From an uncultured Bacilli bacterium (GTDB lineage: Bacteria > Bacillota_I > Bacilli_A > RF39 > UBA660): DNA of 52,746 nt. This document shows positions 11,815 to 22,378 of the stretch, piece by piece. The DNA lies in NCBI GenBank assembly GCA_944358795.1, contig CALVRW010000042.1, forward strand, positions 1-52,746, read 5' to 3'. The stretch's first letter is position 1. Each line of letters opens with the position of its first letter. A program made the position numbers and the translations under genes. The notes below the pieces were generated by a model, which did no database searches, had not been told where the DNA came from, and saw nothing but the letters and a program-made list of their open reading frames with translations.

Positions 11815-12442
11815 TCAACCAATCATAGTCATATAACTCTGATTTTACTTCTTTCGCCTGTTTAAATTCTAATTTATTACGTTCCACATCCTCTTTTGTT
11901 TGAATCCCCTTCTTTTTCCATTCATATAAAATTTTATCGATATATCGTAAATTACTTACACCATTATAAATTGCTTCTTTTAAAGCGGCAATAATCAATT
12001 CTTCCTTAAAATTAACTTCTTTCCAACCATTAATAATTTCATATTCCATTGGTGATAACGTTCTACCAAATTCTTTTTCGAATAAATCAAATACATTCGT
12101 ATTTTCTTCTACTTCTTTTTTTTCATTTACAATGAAAAACGCTAACTTATTGTATAAGCCATCAAAGTTAAGGGCTTCTTCTCGAATATTCTTATTTTGA
12201 TATGTCTCTATTTTTAAAATATCTTTTCCTTCTAAACTACTAATTAATTCAAAGACTGTTGGTAACTCCATTTTTAAATCAAGACTAATTTGTTTTGGAT
12301 TTAATACTAAATTGGTATTTAATAAATAACAAATTAGTATTAATTCTTGATCGGTTAATTTCATATCTTTATAACTAGTAAATAAAATTCTTGGTACTTG
12401 AATATTACTTTCTTTTAATAATTCAATCACTTTTTCTAACAT
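11801..12442 (-). CDS. dnaD: Replication protein DnaD
   Basis: FEKEFGRTLSPMEYE, YIDKILYEW; dnaD-nth synteny. Confidence 0.92.
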   Translation of the reverse strand: MLEKVIELLKESNIQVPRILFTSYKDMKLTDQELILICYLLNTNLVLNPKQISLDLKMELPTVFELISSLEGKDILKIETYQNKNIREEALNFDGLYNKLAFFIVNEKKEVEENTNVFDLFEKEFGRTLSPMEYEIINGWKEVNFKEELIIAALKEAIYNGVSNLRYIDKILYEWKKKGIQTKEDVERNKLEFKQAKEVKSELYDYDWLNDHE

Positions 12443-12503
12443 GTGAATCACCCTATTACATTATATCATATTTTAAGAAATAAAAACATTTGTTCTTTTT
12501 TCT

Positions 12504-13058
12504 TTACAATAATTTTTTTATTTCCTTCAATAATTTAGTGAATGTTTGTTCTCTATTTTCAAATGTCTCAATATAATAATATTTTTTTTGTAAACATATT
12601 TTTTTATTTTCTGCATCAGTATCAGATAAATCATAGTAATGATTCATTAATTTTTCTTTACTCCATCCATAAGTATAATCTTCTTTCGTATCATATTCTT
12701 GGATTTTCTCGACAACTTCTTCTAATGAATGGTTTCCATGACCAAAGCAGATTACAATGTCATCACTACGTATCTCGCCAATGATATCATCTAAGTTAAT
12801 AATTCCACCTTCTACAATACAAGCATTCTTACTAATATCGTGATTCCAATGAACAAATTCTCCAATAAATCTTGGTAAAATATTCTTTCTGGAATAACTT
12901 TGTCGGTTAATCATTTCTAATTCTGGTAACGAATAGTGGAAAGCATTTCTTACAGCATCCAAGGAAATTAGAGAATAATCTTCTAATTCTTTTTTTAACA
13001 AAATAGAAAATGTTGTTTTTCCACTTCTTGGTACTCCTAAGATATAAATATTTTTCAT
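12504..13058 (-). CDS. P-loop nucleotide-kinase-like protein
   Basis: N-terminal GVPRSGKT Walker A; IVEG. Confidence 0.7.
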   Translation of the reverse strand: MKNIYILGVPRSGKTTFSILLKKELEDYSLISLDAVRNAFHYSLPELEMINRQSYSRKNILPRFIGEFVHWNHDISKNACIVEGGIINLDDIIGEIRSDDIVICFGHGNHSLEEVVEKIQEYDTKEDYTYGWSKEKLMNHYYDLSDTDAENKKICLQKKYYYIETFENREQTFTKLLKEIKKLL

Positions 13059-13107
13059 ACAACCACCTCTATTTTTGTTTTACCGTAATTTATTTTATTT
13101 GTCAAAT

Positions 13108-13746
13108 TTACTTTGGAATCATAACCGTATCATATCCTTCATGATTCCAAATAAACGTAATATAATTATTTTCCGGTATCGTAAAGGTATCAATCCACTG
13201 ATTATAATTATTTAACCTTGTCTCTTTAGATACACTTGTATCATAAATAATTAATTTTGTCTTTTCTGAACTTTGAAAATCAATATCAGAACTACTTACA
13301 TATATAAAATCACAAAATTGTAAATTAGCATGCTCTTCGGTTGCGATACAAAAAGTTTGTTCTTCAAAGGTTATTTCTACCATATCAGTACGATTTTTTA
13401 TTTTCATATCATTTAAAATAGCATGATTTAATACTTGAATATTATGTCCTTTCATTTTACTTTTTTCCATTTCGGATAATACAAATACGTGATTAAGAGA
13501 AAGATTGTGGAAAACAGAAAATTCTGTTCGAAATTGAAATTGATTCACTATTTCAAGTATTAATAATTCATTTTGGTTTTGGTGATGTAATAAAATTCCT
13601 TTGGCATTATCGTTATTTAAGAACGTAATTCCTACTTCATTCGGATTTAACTCTATCATAATCTGTTCTAATCTTCGACTATAAATATTACTTTTTAAAA
13701 ATAGAAAATAACATAATAATATCATAATAAACAGAATTTTCTTCAT
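13108..13746 (-). CDS. Hypothetical exported or membrane-anchored protein
   Basis: MKK followed by a hydrophobic N-terminus; AGGTG RBS. Confidence 0.6.
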   Translation of the reverse strand: MKKILFIMILLCYFLFLKSNIYSRRLEQIMIELNPNEVGITFLNNDNAKGILLHHQNQNELLILEIVNQFQFRTEFSVFHNLSLNHVFVLSEMEKSKMKGHNIQVLNHAILNDMKIKNRTDMVEITFEEQTFCIATEEHANLQFCDFIYVSSSDIDFQSSEKTKLIIYDTSVSKETRLNNYNQWIDTFTIPENNYITFIWNHEGYDTVMIPK

Positions 13747-13773
13747 AAAAAAGCACCTACTTAACTGTACGTG

Positions 13774-14559
13774 CTAAAATGAATTTAATTCTTTTAATTT
13801 TCGTTTTTCTTCTTTTGTATATTCATACTTTCGAGTTGGGTCGATGATGTTCCATACTTCTAACAAAGAAAGTTCATTGGTTACTTTATCGATTTGTTCT
13901 AATTCTAACAATTCTATTAATCCATATTCGTTTAATAATTGGAACCCATACAAACGATTTTCACTTACTATCATACGATTTAATTCTTGTCTTTTTCGGT
14001 AATAGGAAAGTTCTTTCACAAGATGACGTTTCTCTTTCATCGCAGTTGATAATTCTTTATCAATGGTAAAATTTAAAACTGTCGCAAAGCGAATGGCTCG
14101 AAGAATTCTTAACGCATCCTCTTCTAGTTTTTCAAATGGATTACCAACTGATCGAACGATTCTATGATCAATATCTTTTCTAGCACCTAATAAATCTATA
14201 TAACTACCTTCTTGATTCATACATAACGTATTCATAATAAAATCTCTTCGTAATAAATCTGTTTTTAAATCCGAAACAAATTCAATTCGTTTTGGAAAAC
14301 GATGATTCACATAATCAAACTCTTTTCGAAATTGGGTAATTTCTAATTTTAAGTCATCTTTTACAACGATACTAGAAGCATAATTTGTTTTTTCCACTAC
14401 AAACCATTCTTTCAATTTTTCAAGTGGCGCATTGGTACAAATATCAAAATCTGTACTCTTTTTTCCCATATAATAATCTCGTGGATATCCACCTACTAAA
14501 TAAGCTTCATACCCATTTTCTTCTATCACTTTTAATACTTCTTTTACAATCGTATTCAT
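13774..14559 (-). CDS. cca: Class II tRNA nucleotidyltransferase (CCA-adding family), short form
   Basis: VGGYPRD, DFD, RRDF, EDALRILRAIRF. Confidence 0.85.
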   Translation of the reverse strand: MNTIVKEVLKVIEENGYEAYLVGGYPRDYYMGKKSTDFDICTNAPLEKLKEWFVVEKTNYASSIVVKDDLKLEITQFRKEFDYVNHRFPKRIEFVSDLKTDLLRRDFIMNTLCMNQEGSYIDLLGARKDIDHRIVRSVGNPFEKLEEDALRILRAIRFATVLNFTIDKELSTAMKEKRHLVKELSYYRKRQELNRMIVSENRLYGFQLLNEYGLIELLELEQIDKVTNELSLLEVWNIIDPTRKYEYTKEEKRKLKELNSF

Positions 14560-14589
14560 ATTACCACCTAAGAATGTTATAGCACACTC

Positions 14590-16230
14590 CTAACTTTTCG
14601 ACAAGTATTCTTTATTTTGATAAATGATTTTTCCATCTTTTATCGTTTCTACTACATCAATATCTTTGATTTTTGTTTTGTCTACTTCTAATGGATTGTG
14701 ACTTAAAATAACAAAATCAGCTTTTTTTCCTTCTTTAATACTTCCTTTTTCTTCTTCGGCAAACAACTGATAAGCAGCATTCACAGTAAATGCCTTTAAT
14801 GCATCCAATACAGATATTCTTTGTTCTTCTCCAAGGATTCTACCTTTTCTAGTAATACGATTCACGGCATTATGAATACTAAACATCGCATTAGGGGTAA
14901 TGACCGGACTATCTTGATGAATCGTAAAGGAAATTCCTTTTTCTAGTGCTGAATGGATTGGAGAAATTCTTTCAGCACGTGTTTTTCCTAATACCGATTC
15001 TGCATGATAATCTCCCCAATAATAGACATGATCTACAAAGAAACTAGCAAGCATCCCTAGTTGTTTCATTTTATCTAACTGGTCATCACGAATCGTTTGT
15101 GCATGAATAATAACTGGTCTTAGATCTTGATTGTTTTTGGTATCCTCTTTTGCTTTTTGATAACATCGTAATAATTGATCGATTGCCGCATCCCCATTAC
15201 AATGAGTATGTAATGTTAAATTGTCTTGTAAACATTTTTTACAATAGTGATATACCTCTTCATCTGAGCAAATAGGAAATCCACGATAATCTTGTTCTTT
15301 CCCCTCAGGAATACGATAATATGGTTCGGTAAGCCAAGCTGTTTTTGCTTGTGGAGATCCATCTAAAAACATCTTCACTCCTCCAATATGATAATGATTT
15401 CCATTCTTCCTTATTTCGTTTTTCTGTAACGACTCAAGAAATGAGAAACTCACATAAAAAGTTACATCTAAAAATAATAAATTTTCACTTTCCGCTTTCG
15501 ATAATAATGGATATGTTCTTTCATCCGTAAAACCATCTTGAACACTGGTATAACCATAAGAAGCATATAAGTTTTCTGCATCTAGAAAAGACTTTAATAA
15601 TTTCTTCGGATTTGGTATACTCATTTTTGCTTTAATACTAGGATCTAAAAAGGCGTTTTCCTCTAATAATCCAGTTGGTTCATTGGTACCTGGAAAGCAC
15701 GCAACAGTACCACCTTCAGGCACTGTATAATCACCTATATATCCTAATTTTTCTAAGGCAAGAGAATTACAAACACCTACATGACCAGAAGCATGTGTAA
15801 TCGCAATGGGAATTTCAGTTGATACTTCATCTAAATCATATTTTGTTATTTCCTGCTTTCCTGTGAAACAAGTATTGTCATATCCTGTTCCCATTAGCCA
15901 TTCATCTTTTTCTAATGTATGTGTCTCTAACCATTCTTTTAAAACTCGTTTTAAATCATCAACGGAATTTACATGACCACTAGGAGATGGTTTTAAATTA
16001 ATCATTAAAAGGTCATAAGCTACTGCTGATAAATGACTATGTCCATCAATAAAACCTGGTAATAGCACATGATTTTGTAAATCTATTAATTCTGTATCAT
16101 GATTTTTTAATTGTAAAATCTCTGATTCTTTTCCAACTTTTTTTATGATACCATCTACTACATATACTGCTTCTTGAATCAGTTCTTTTTCCATTGTTAA
16201 AATTGTTCCGTGGTAATAGATTTGTTTCAT
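14590..16230 (-). CDS. Amidohydrolase 3 (YtcJ-like)
   Basis: PGFIDGHSH, KMFLDGS, HCNGD, IIHAQ, GSIKEGKKADFVIL. Confidence 0.9.
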   Translation of the reverse strand: MKQIYYHGTILTMEKELIQEAVYVVDGIIKKVGKESEILQLKNHDTELIDLQNHVLLPGFIDGHSHLSAVAYDLLMINLKPSPSGHVNSVDDLKRVLKEWLETHTLEKDEWLMGTGYDNTCFTGKQEITKYDLDEVSTEIPIAITHASGHVGVCNSLALEKLGYIGDYTVPEGGTVACFPGTNEPTGLLEENAFLDPSIKAKMSIPNPKKLLKSFLDAENLYASYGYTSVQDGFTDERTYPLLSKAESENLLFLDVTFYVSFSFLESLQKNEIRKNGNHYHIGGVKMFLDGSPQAKTAWLTEPYYRIPEGKEQDYRGFPICSDEEVYHYCKKCLQDNLTLHTHCNGDAAIDQLLRCYQKAKEDTKNNQDLRPVIIHAQTIRDDQLDKMKQLGMLASFFVDHVYYWGDYHAESVLGKTRAERISPIHSALEKGISFTIHQDSPVITPNAMFSIHNAVNRITRKGRILGEEQRISVLDALKAFTVNAAYQLFAEEEKGSIKEGKKADFVILSHNPLEVDKTKIKDIDVVETIKDGKIIYQNKEYLSKS

Positions 16231-16302
16231 TTCATCACCTTTTCTATTCTTATTTATCATGTACAAAAAAGAGAAGATATTACCAATCTCCTCTTCATTT
16301 TA

Positions 16303-16575
16303 TTAGTTTAAAGCGTCTTTTAATTTAGAACCTGCTTTTACACTAACTGCTACTCTAGCAGGGATTTGTAAACTTTCTCCAGTTCTTGGGTTACGTCCTA
16401 CTTTTGCTGGTTTATTTTGTGCAGCGAAAGTACAGAATCCTGTTAAAGTTACTTTTCCTTCTTCTTTTAATCCTTTAATAACTCCGTTCATCATTGCTTC
16501 TAAAGCACGTGATGCATCAGCTTTTGTTAATCCTGTTTCTTCAACAATAAAGTCAACTAACATTGTTTTTGTCAT
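16303..16575 (-). CDS. hup: DNA-binding protein HU
   Basis: GFCTF, GRNPRTGE, AGSKLKDA. Confidence 0.95.
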   Translation of the reverse strand: MTKTMLVDFIVEETGLTKADASRALEAMMNGVIKGLKEEGKVTLTGFCTFAAQNKPAKVGRNPRTGESLQIPARVAVSVKAGSKLKDALN

Positions 16576-16709
16576 TCTATTTACCTCCCTATTGTGTTAA
16601 GCTACTTTGCTTACAATCTAAGAATACCATTATTTTATTGTAATTGCAATATTTTTTTACACTTTATAACGTTTTATTCGTGATTTTAAAGAAAAAAATA
16701 GGCCTAAGT

Positions 16710-17141
16710 CTATTCTTCATCCTCGTCATCATCAGGAATAATAGAAAGATTTTCTAAATCATTATCTTCATCTAATGATTCATCATCATGAATTGTATCA
16801 ATATCTTCTTCTACTTCTTCAGGAATTGTTTCTTCTTCCTCTTCCTCAGTTTCTTCTACTTCTTCCTCTTCTTCATCAACAACTAATTCAACAGAATGAC
16901 GATCACGAATATCCCATTCGTTATTATCTAATAAAACAAAACGTTTATCAATTGTTAAAGAAGTATAATAGTCACCAATTTTAGAAGAATATTCTTCTTC
17001 TGTAAAACCTAATAAATTAGATATTTCTCTAAAAATAGTTGGTGTATTCATTGACTTATGTTTCTCAGTTAATAATAAATAGGTTAAATCTGTATAAGAA
17101 AGTAATTCAATTTCTTCTTTTGACATTTGGTTTAATTTCAT
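16710..17141 (-). CDS. rpoE: RNA polymerase delta subunit
   Basis: YYTSLTIDKRFVLL...W N-terminal domain and acidic tail; next to argS as in Bacilli. Confidence 0.9.
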   Translation of the reverse strand: MKLNQMSKEEIELLSYTDLTYLLLTEKHKSMNTPTIFREISNLLGFTEEEYSSKIGDYYTSLTIDKRFVLLDNNEWDIRDRHSVELVVDEEEEEVEETEEEEEETIPEEVEEDIDTIHDDESLDEDNDLENLSIIPDDDEDEE

Positions 17142-17154
17142 CCCTATATTCCTC

Positions 17155-18765
17155 CTACATTTTCTCTGTTGCGACAACACCAATTAAATTTAATGCATTT
17201 TTGATGGTAATTGCCGTTGCTTTTATTAAATTAATTCTTTCTTTTGTACTCATTTCATCGTCTGTTAACACTTTTTCATGTGCATAGAACGTATGAAACA
17301 ATCCTGCTAAATCGTATGCATAATTTGCAATAATATGTGGACTTCTCTTGATTGCGGCTAATTTTACCGTATCAGTAAATTCATATAATTTTGCAAGTAA
17401 ATTTTTTGTATAATCACTTGTTAATGTTTGATATTGATCAAGTGGTTTTATATCTTGATTCCATCCGCTTAAAATCGAACAAATACGTGCATAAGCATAT
17501 TCGATATAATAAACCGGGTTTTCATTTGATTTTTTGGTTGCTAAATCAAGGTCAAAATCTAGTTGTGTATCTAAGCTTCTAGAAGAGAAGAAATAACGCA
17601 TTGCATCAGCACCAACTTCTTCCATTAGTTCTTCAATCGTTACTGCATTACCAGTACGTTTACTCATTTTTACTTCTTCTTTTCCACGTACTAAACGAAC
17701 CATTTGTAAAATTTCAACATCTAGTTTATCTGGATTATTACCAAGCATGGCAATCGATGCTTTTAAACGTGGTACATAACCATGATGATCGGCACCAAAT
17801 ACATCGATTAATTCATCAAAACCACGATCATACTTATTTTTATGATATGCGATATCTGGTAATAAATAAGTATTTGTCTTATCTTTTTTAATTAAAACAC
17901 GATCTTTTTCATCACCAAAGTCACTCGTTTTTAAGAAAACTGCACCGTCTTCTTCATAAGTATATCCCGAATCAATTAATTGATGTAATACTTGATCTAG
18001 AGCTCCACTATCATAAATTGATTGTTCACTCGTCCAAACATCAAATTCAACACGGAAATTTTTCAAATGTTCTTTTATTTTTCCTAATAAATAGTCTAAT
18101 CCTTTTTTTCTAAATACTTGGATATCCGTAATATCTGTTCCAAGTTCTTCCTTCATTTCTTCAGCAATCTTAATAATTTCTTTTCCGTAATATCCATCTT
18201 CTGGCATATTTTCTTCTCTACCACAAAGTCCTTCATAACGTGCTTGAATAGAATTTTGTAAATTTGCAATTTGATTTCCAGCATCATTAATATAATATTC
18301 ACGAGTTACATCAAAGTTCGTAAAAGATAAAATTCGACTAAGAGAATCTCCATAACTAGCACCTCTTGCGTGCCCTAAGTGTAAAATTCCAGTTGGATTT
18401 GCACTAACATATTCTACGTTAATTTTTGTTCTATTCCCAACATTAGAACTACCATAACGATCTTCTGCTTCTAAGATTGTATTAATATTTTCAAATAAAT
18501 AATCATTCTTTACATAAAAATTGATAAATCCTGGTCCAGCAATCTCTACTTTTTCAATATAATCTGCTGTTAATTGTTCCACTAATTCACTAGCAATTTC
18601 TCTCGGATTCTTTTTTAATGTTCTAGCTAATTGCATCGCAATATTAGACGCATAATCTCCATGTGATGTATCTTTTGGTATTTCTATCACGATATTATCC
18701 GCATCCACTTTAATTTCATTGTCTTGTAAGACAGTTGCAATTAACTCTTTTAGTTTTTCTTTCAT
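17155..18765 (-). CDS. argS: Arginine-tRNA ligase
   Basis: SANPTGILHLGH, GADHHGY, KMSKR, DALR-type C-terminus. Confidence 0.98.
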   Translation of the reverse strand: MKEKLKELIATVLQDNEIKVDADNIVIEIPKDTSHGDYASNIAMQLARTLKKNPREIASELVEQLTADYIEKVEIAGPGFINFYVKNDYLFENINTILEAEDRYGSSNVGNRTKINVEYVSANPTGILHLGHARGASYGDSLSRILSFTNFDVTREYYINDAGNQIANLQNSIQARYEGLCGREENMPEDGYYGKEIIKIAEEMKEELGTDITDIQVFRKKGLDYLLGKIKEHLKNFRVEFDVWTSEQSIYDSGALDQVLHQLIDSGYTYEEDGAVFLKTSDFGDEKDRVLIKKDKTNTYLLPDIAYHKNKYDRGFDELIDVFGADHHGYVPRLKASIAMLGNNPDKLDVEILQMVRLVRGKEEVKMSKRTGNAVTIEELMEEVGADAMRYFFSSRSLDTQLDFDLDLATKKSNENPVYYIEYAYARICSILSGWNQDIKPLDQYQTLTSDYTKNLLAKLYEFTDTVKLAAIKRSPHIIANYAYDLAGLFHTFYAHEKVLTDDEMSTKERINLIKATAITIKNALNLIGVVATEKM

Positions 18766-19136
18766 TTTATCACCTCATAAACTAAATCATAAGTATATTC
18801 TCCTAAGAATTCTCCACCTAACGTTAAATCATAAGTAATTTTTATTTCTTGATCCGTTATCAATAATTCCTTCGTTTTAATTTCTGCATCAAGTATCATA
18901 GAATACGGTATTATTTTATGCATTCCACTCGTCTTTTGATGAATAGAAAATGGCAAAATAAGTTCATATTCTGGACAACTCCGCTTTAAAATCACTTGAT
19001 CATCCTTTTTTTCAAGGATTACTTGTAACTCTTTTTCTTGATAAATAATTTTGTTGTTTTGTAAAATTCCTTTGCCCATAACATTGTGATTGGTTTCTTT
19101 TCCAATCAACTTTGCTTTTACTTCAATTTTAGGCAT
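18762..19136 (-). CDS. DUF1934 (YwiB-like) protein
   Basis: Beta-rich small protein overlapping the argS start, as in the ywiB-argS arrangement. Confidence 0.65.
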   Translation of the reverse strand: MPKIEVKAKLIGKETNHNVMGKGILQNNKIIYQEKELQVILEKKDDQVILKRSCPEYELILPFSIHQKTSGMHKIIPYSMILDAEIKTKELLITDQEIKITYDLTLGGEFLGEYTYDLVYEVIK

Positions 19137-19244
19137 AATCTTACCTCTTTCATTTATTCGAAAGTAATTATAACATAAGTTTTTAAAAATTGCACTCATA
19201 TTTTTAACTTTTTTTATAATACTATACATAGATGGGAGTGAGTT

Positions 19245-21218
19245 ATGAAAAAGTTTAAAATTTTTTGTAAATGGTGTGGCATTTTTTTACTCGGTTGTTT
19301 TTTATTTTATGTCGGTCTTTATGTATATGCGAAAATGTTACCAAAGTTACCAATTGACAAAGCAAACCGCTTTTATTTCTATGATGAAAATAATAAAGTA
19401 TTTGAAACTGGAAACAATCAAGAATGGGTAAAATTAGATGATATTTCTCCTTATTTAATTCAAGCGACTATCGCAATTGAAGATAAAAATTTTTATCATC
19501 ATAAAGGATTTGATTATCTACGCATTATGAAAGCAATGTATCGTAATATTACAAGTGGGAAAAGATTAGAAGGTGCTTCTACTATTTCTCAACAATACGC
19601 AAAAAATTTATTTTTAGATTTTGATAAAACATGGAAGCGAAAAATTGATGAAGCATGGCTTACCATACGTTTAGAATCACATTATAGTAAAGATAAAATA
19701 TTAGAAGGATACTTAAATACCATTAATTATGGTGGAATATTTGGTATCGAGAATGCTAGTAAGTATTATTTTAATAAATCTGCGAAAGATTTAACGATTG
19801 CAGAAGCAAGTATTTTGGCTGGAATTCCCAAAGATCCTTCCTATTACTCACCAATCGCCAATGAAGATGCTGCAAAACAACGACAAAAGTTAATTTTATC
19901 GGCAATGGAAAAACAAAATTATATTACGGAAGAACAGATGAATAAAGCATACAAAAAACAACTTACCTATCATGTAGATAAAAAAGAAAAAGAATTAAAA
20001 ATGTTAATGTATTATCAAGATGCAGTGATGAAAGAATTACAAAGTATCAAAACCATTCCAGCTTCCTTTTTAAAAACAGGAGGACTTAAAATCTACACCA
20101 ATCTCGATATGGAAGCACAAAAAACAATGGAAGAAAATATTGATAAATATTTAGAATATAATCCTAAGTTACAAGTCGCAAGTGTTATTATGGATCCGAA
20201 AAACGGAAAAATAAAAGCCCTATCGGGCGGTAGAGATTACTCGAAAAGTCAGTTTAATCGAGCGACCAGTGCGAATCGTCAAGTGGGTTCCACTATGAAA
20301 CCAATTTTATATTATGCTGCCTTAGAAAATGGTTTTACTCCTTCTACTACTTTTACCAGTGAAAAAACAACGTTTACTTTTTCTGAAAATAAAACTTATA
20401 GTCCCGAAAATTATAATAAAAATTATCCCAACAAACCAATCAGTATGGCAACTGCACTTGCTTACTCGGACAATATTTACGCAGTAAAAACACATATCTT
20501 TTTAGGTGAAAACACCCTTGTTGAAACAGCAAAACGAGTTGGAATTGAAACAAAGTTAAAAGCTAATCCATCTTTAGCATTAGGAACTGGTGAAATTAAC
20601 CTATTACAAATGATGGAAGCATACGGAACATTTGCCAGTGAAGGATATAAAATAGAACCATTTTTGATTCGTAAAATTACCGATTCTAACGGTACTGTAT
20701 TATATAAACATAAAGAAAAAAAAGAAAATGTTTTAAATAAAAGTATCGTTTACGTACTAAATGAAATGCTAACAAGTTCCTACTCAAAAGAATTTATTGA
20801 TTATAATTATCCAACCTGTATTAATATTGCTCCTAAAATTACCAAAAAGTATGCGATAAAAACAGGAACAACTACAACAGATCATCTTATCTTTGGTTAT
20901 AACAAAGACATTATTATGGGAATGTGGGCTGGATATGACGATAATTCTGAATCAGAGGTAAAAGATGGGAATAGTATTAAAAACGTTTGGGTTGATACCG
21001 TAGAACACTTATTAAAAGAAAAAGAAGGAAATTGTTGGTATGAAATTCCAAAAAATGTAGTAGGAGTAATTGTTAATCCAATTACTGGGGAAATCACAAC
21101 GGAAAAAGATAAAAATAAAAAAATGCTCTACTATATCAAAGGAACCGAACCAACCATAAAAGAAAAACAATTAGATGATTTAATTCCAAGCGCTAAAACG
21201 GAGGAAAACACAAATTAA
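19245..21218 (+). CDS. Class A penicillin-binding protein (PbpG/PBP1A family)
   Basis: ATG at 19245 and TAA at 21216-21218 read directly on the + strand (track label is wrong); EDKNFYHHKG, GASTISQQ, STMK, SDN, KTG. Confidence 0.95.
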   Translation: MKKFKIFCKWCGIFLLGCFLFYVGLYVYAKMLPKLPIDKANRFYFYDENNKVFETGNNQEWVKLDDISPYLIQATIAIEDKNFYHHKGFDYLRIMKAMYRNITSGKRLEGASTISQQYAKNLFLDFDKTWKRKIDEAWLTIRLESHYSKDKILEGYLNTINYGGIFGIENASKYYFNKSAKDLTIAEASILAGIPKDPSYYSPIANEDAAKQRQKLILSAMEKQNYITEEQMNKAYKKQLTYHVDKKEKELKMLMYYQDAVMKELQSIKTIPASFLKTGGLKIYTNLDMEAQKTMEENIDKYLEYNPKLQVASVIMDPKNGKIKALSGGRDYSKSQFNRATSANRQVGSTMKPILYYAALENGFTPSTTFTSEKTTFTFSENKTYSPENYNKNYPNKPISMATALAYSDNIYAVKTHIFLGENTLVETAKRVGIETKLKANPSLALGTGEINLLQMMEAYGTFASEGYKIEPFLIRKITDSNGTVLYKHKEKKENVLNKSIVYVLNEMLTSSYSKEFIDYNYPTCINIAPKITKKYAIKTGTTTTDHLIFGYNKDIIMGMWAGYDDNSESEVKDGNSIKNVWVDTVEHLLKEKEGNCWYEIPKNVVGVIVNPITGEITTEKDKNKKMLYYIKGTEPTIKEKQLDDLIPSAKTEENTN

Positions 21219-21362
21219 TTTGTGTTTTTTTCGTACAATTGATATTCCTTCTCTAAATAAAAGACAATCTTTTGTAACAAGCGATTTGTCCCGGCAATTA
21301 ATAAAGCATCTATCATTGTTGGTGCTTGGACAATTAAAATAAATTTCTCATATAAATATTTT

Positions 21363-22211
21363 TCACGTTGCATCTTTTATTCCTTCTTTCTTATCAATGG
21401 TTCGTTTTATCTTTTCTATCTCAATTAATTTTAACTCAACAACCTTTTCCACAAACGATACTGTACATCCAGCTTGTAATAAATTTTTCGCAATCTTTTG
21501 TTTTATTTCTATACTATTTTTTTCTAATAAGTATGTAATTGTATCATTGGTAGAATGTGACAACCGTTTATATTGAATTCGTTTACTATGATAATTCCAT
21601 AAAGTTAAAAATTCCAACATGTTTTTTTCTCCCATACAAATACTTCTTCCTTCATCAACTGTTTTACATTGCAATAACCGAATCCAACGTTCAAAAAGAT
21701 TTAATTCATAATAAGATTTTTCTTGTAAAATTTGATTTAATGAAGAAAGATATAAAATATGAATATCAAAACTATCCTCCATTGGTTCTAATTTTTCATT
21801 TTTCAAATAATAATGGGCAATTGGATTTTCTCTCACTCCTTCTTTAAAATTTAAGATAATTTGTCCGATTTTATAAGTATTTTCTTCTTCTTTCTGATTC
21901 CAATAATATTTCGCAAAATCAAGAAAAGAAGCATCAAACTTATTCTCATTATGAGTATCATCACTAAATTTAATTTCATAAAAATAGGTTTTCTTTTCTT
22001 GCTTGAAAGAAACATGAATTCTTCTTTTTACATCAGAATTTTTTGTAAAATCTTTTGCAGATAAAATCGTCAATGTCGTAATTCTATTTTTTCCGTGAAA
22101 ACTAAAATAGGCATTTAAAAAGGCAATCAAATAAATTACGGTATTACTACTTTTCCATAATAATGGATATAATTCTTTATCTATTACTGGGATTAAATTG
22201 TGATATTGCAT
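21363..22211 (-). CDS. Divergent Rpn/PD-(D/E)XK transposase-like protein
   Basis: LIAFLNA, IHILYL, LFERWIRLL and C-terminal IAKNLLQAG...ELKLIEIEKI typical of the Rpn family; catalytic motif poorly conserved. Confidence 0.55.
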   Translation of the reverse strand: MQYHNLIPVIDKELYPLLWKSSNTVIYLIAFLNAYFSFHGKNRITTLTILSAKDFTKNSDVKRRIHVSFKQEKKTYFYEIKFSDDTHNENKFDASFLDFAKYYWNQKEEENTYKIGQIILNFKEGVRENPIAHYYLKNEKLEPMEDSFDIHILYLSSLNQILQEKSYYELNLFERWIRLLQCKTVDEGRSICMGEKNMLEFLTLWNYHSKRIQYKRLSHSTNDTITYLLEKNSIEIKQKIAKNLLQAGCTVSFVEKVVELKLIEIEKIKRTIDKKEGIKDAT

Positions 22212-22378
22212 ATTTTTATTCCTCCTTGTACTCACAATGTAACATAATTAAGAAAAAAAGAAAAATCAATATTTTCAAGTTTCTACAATAAGAATAACAT
22301 AATTTTTATAATTCTTATGATAAATAAAAGTAAATCTAAGCAGAAGTTTTCTGTTTTTTCATTCAACAAAAAAAGAAT

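Noticed and set aside
16710-16880. Low-complexity TTC/TCA repeats
   Set aside because: They encode the normal acidic tail of the RNA polymerase delta subunit.
19245-21218. ORF track lists the PBP on the minus strand
   Set aside because: The listed protein reads directly from the + strand (ATGAAAAAGTTT at 19245, TAA at 21216-21218); annotated as +.
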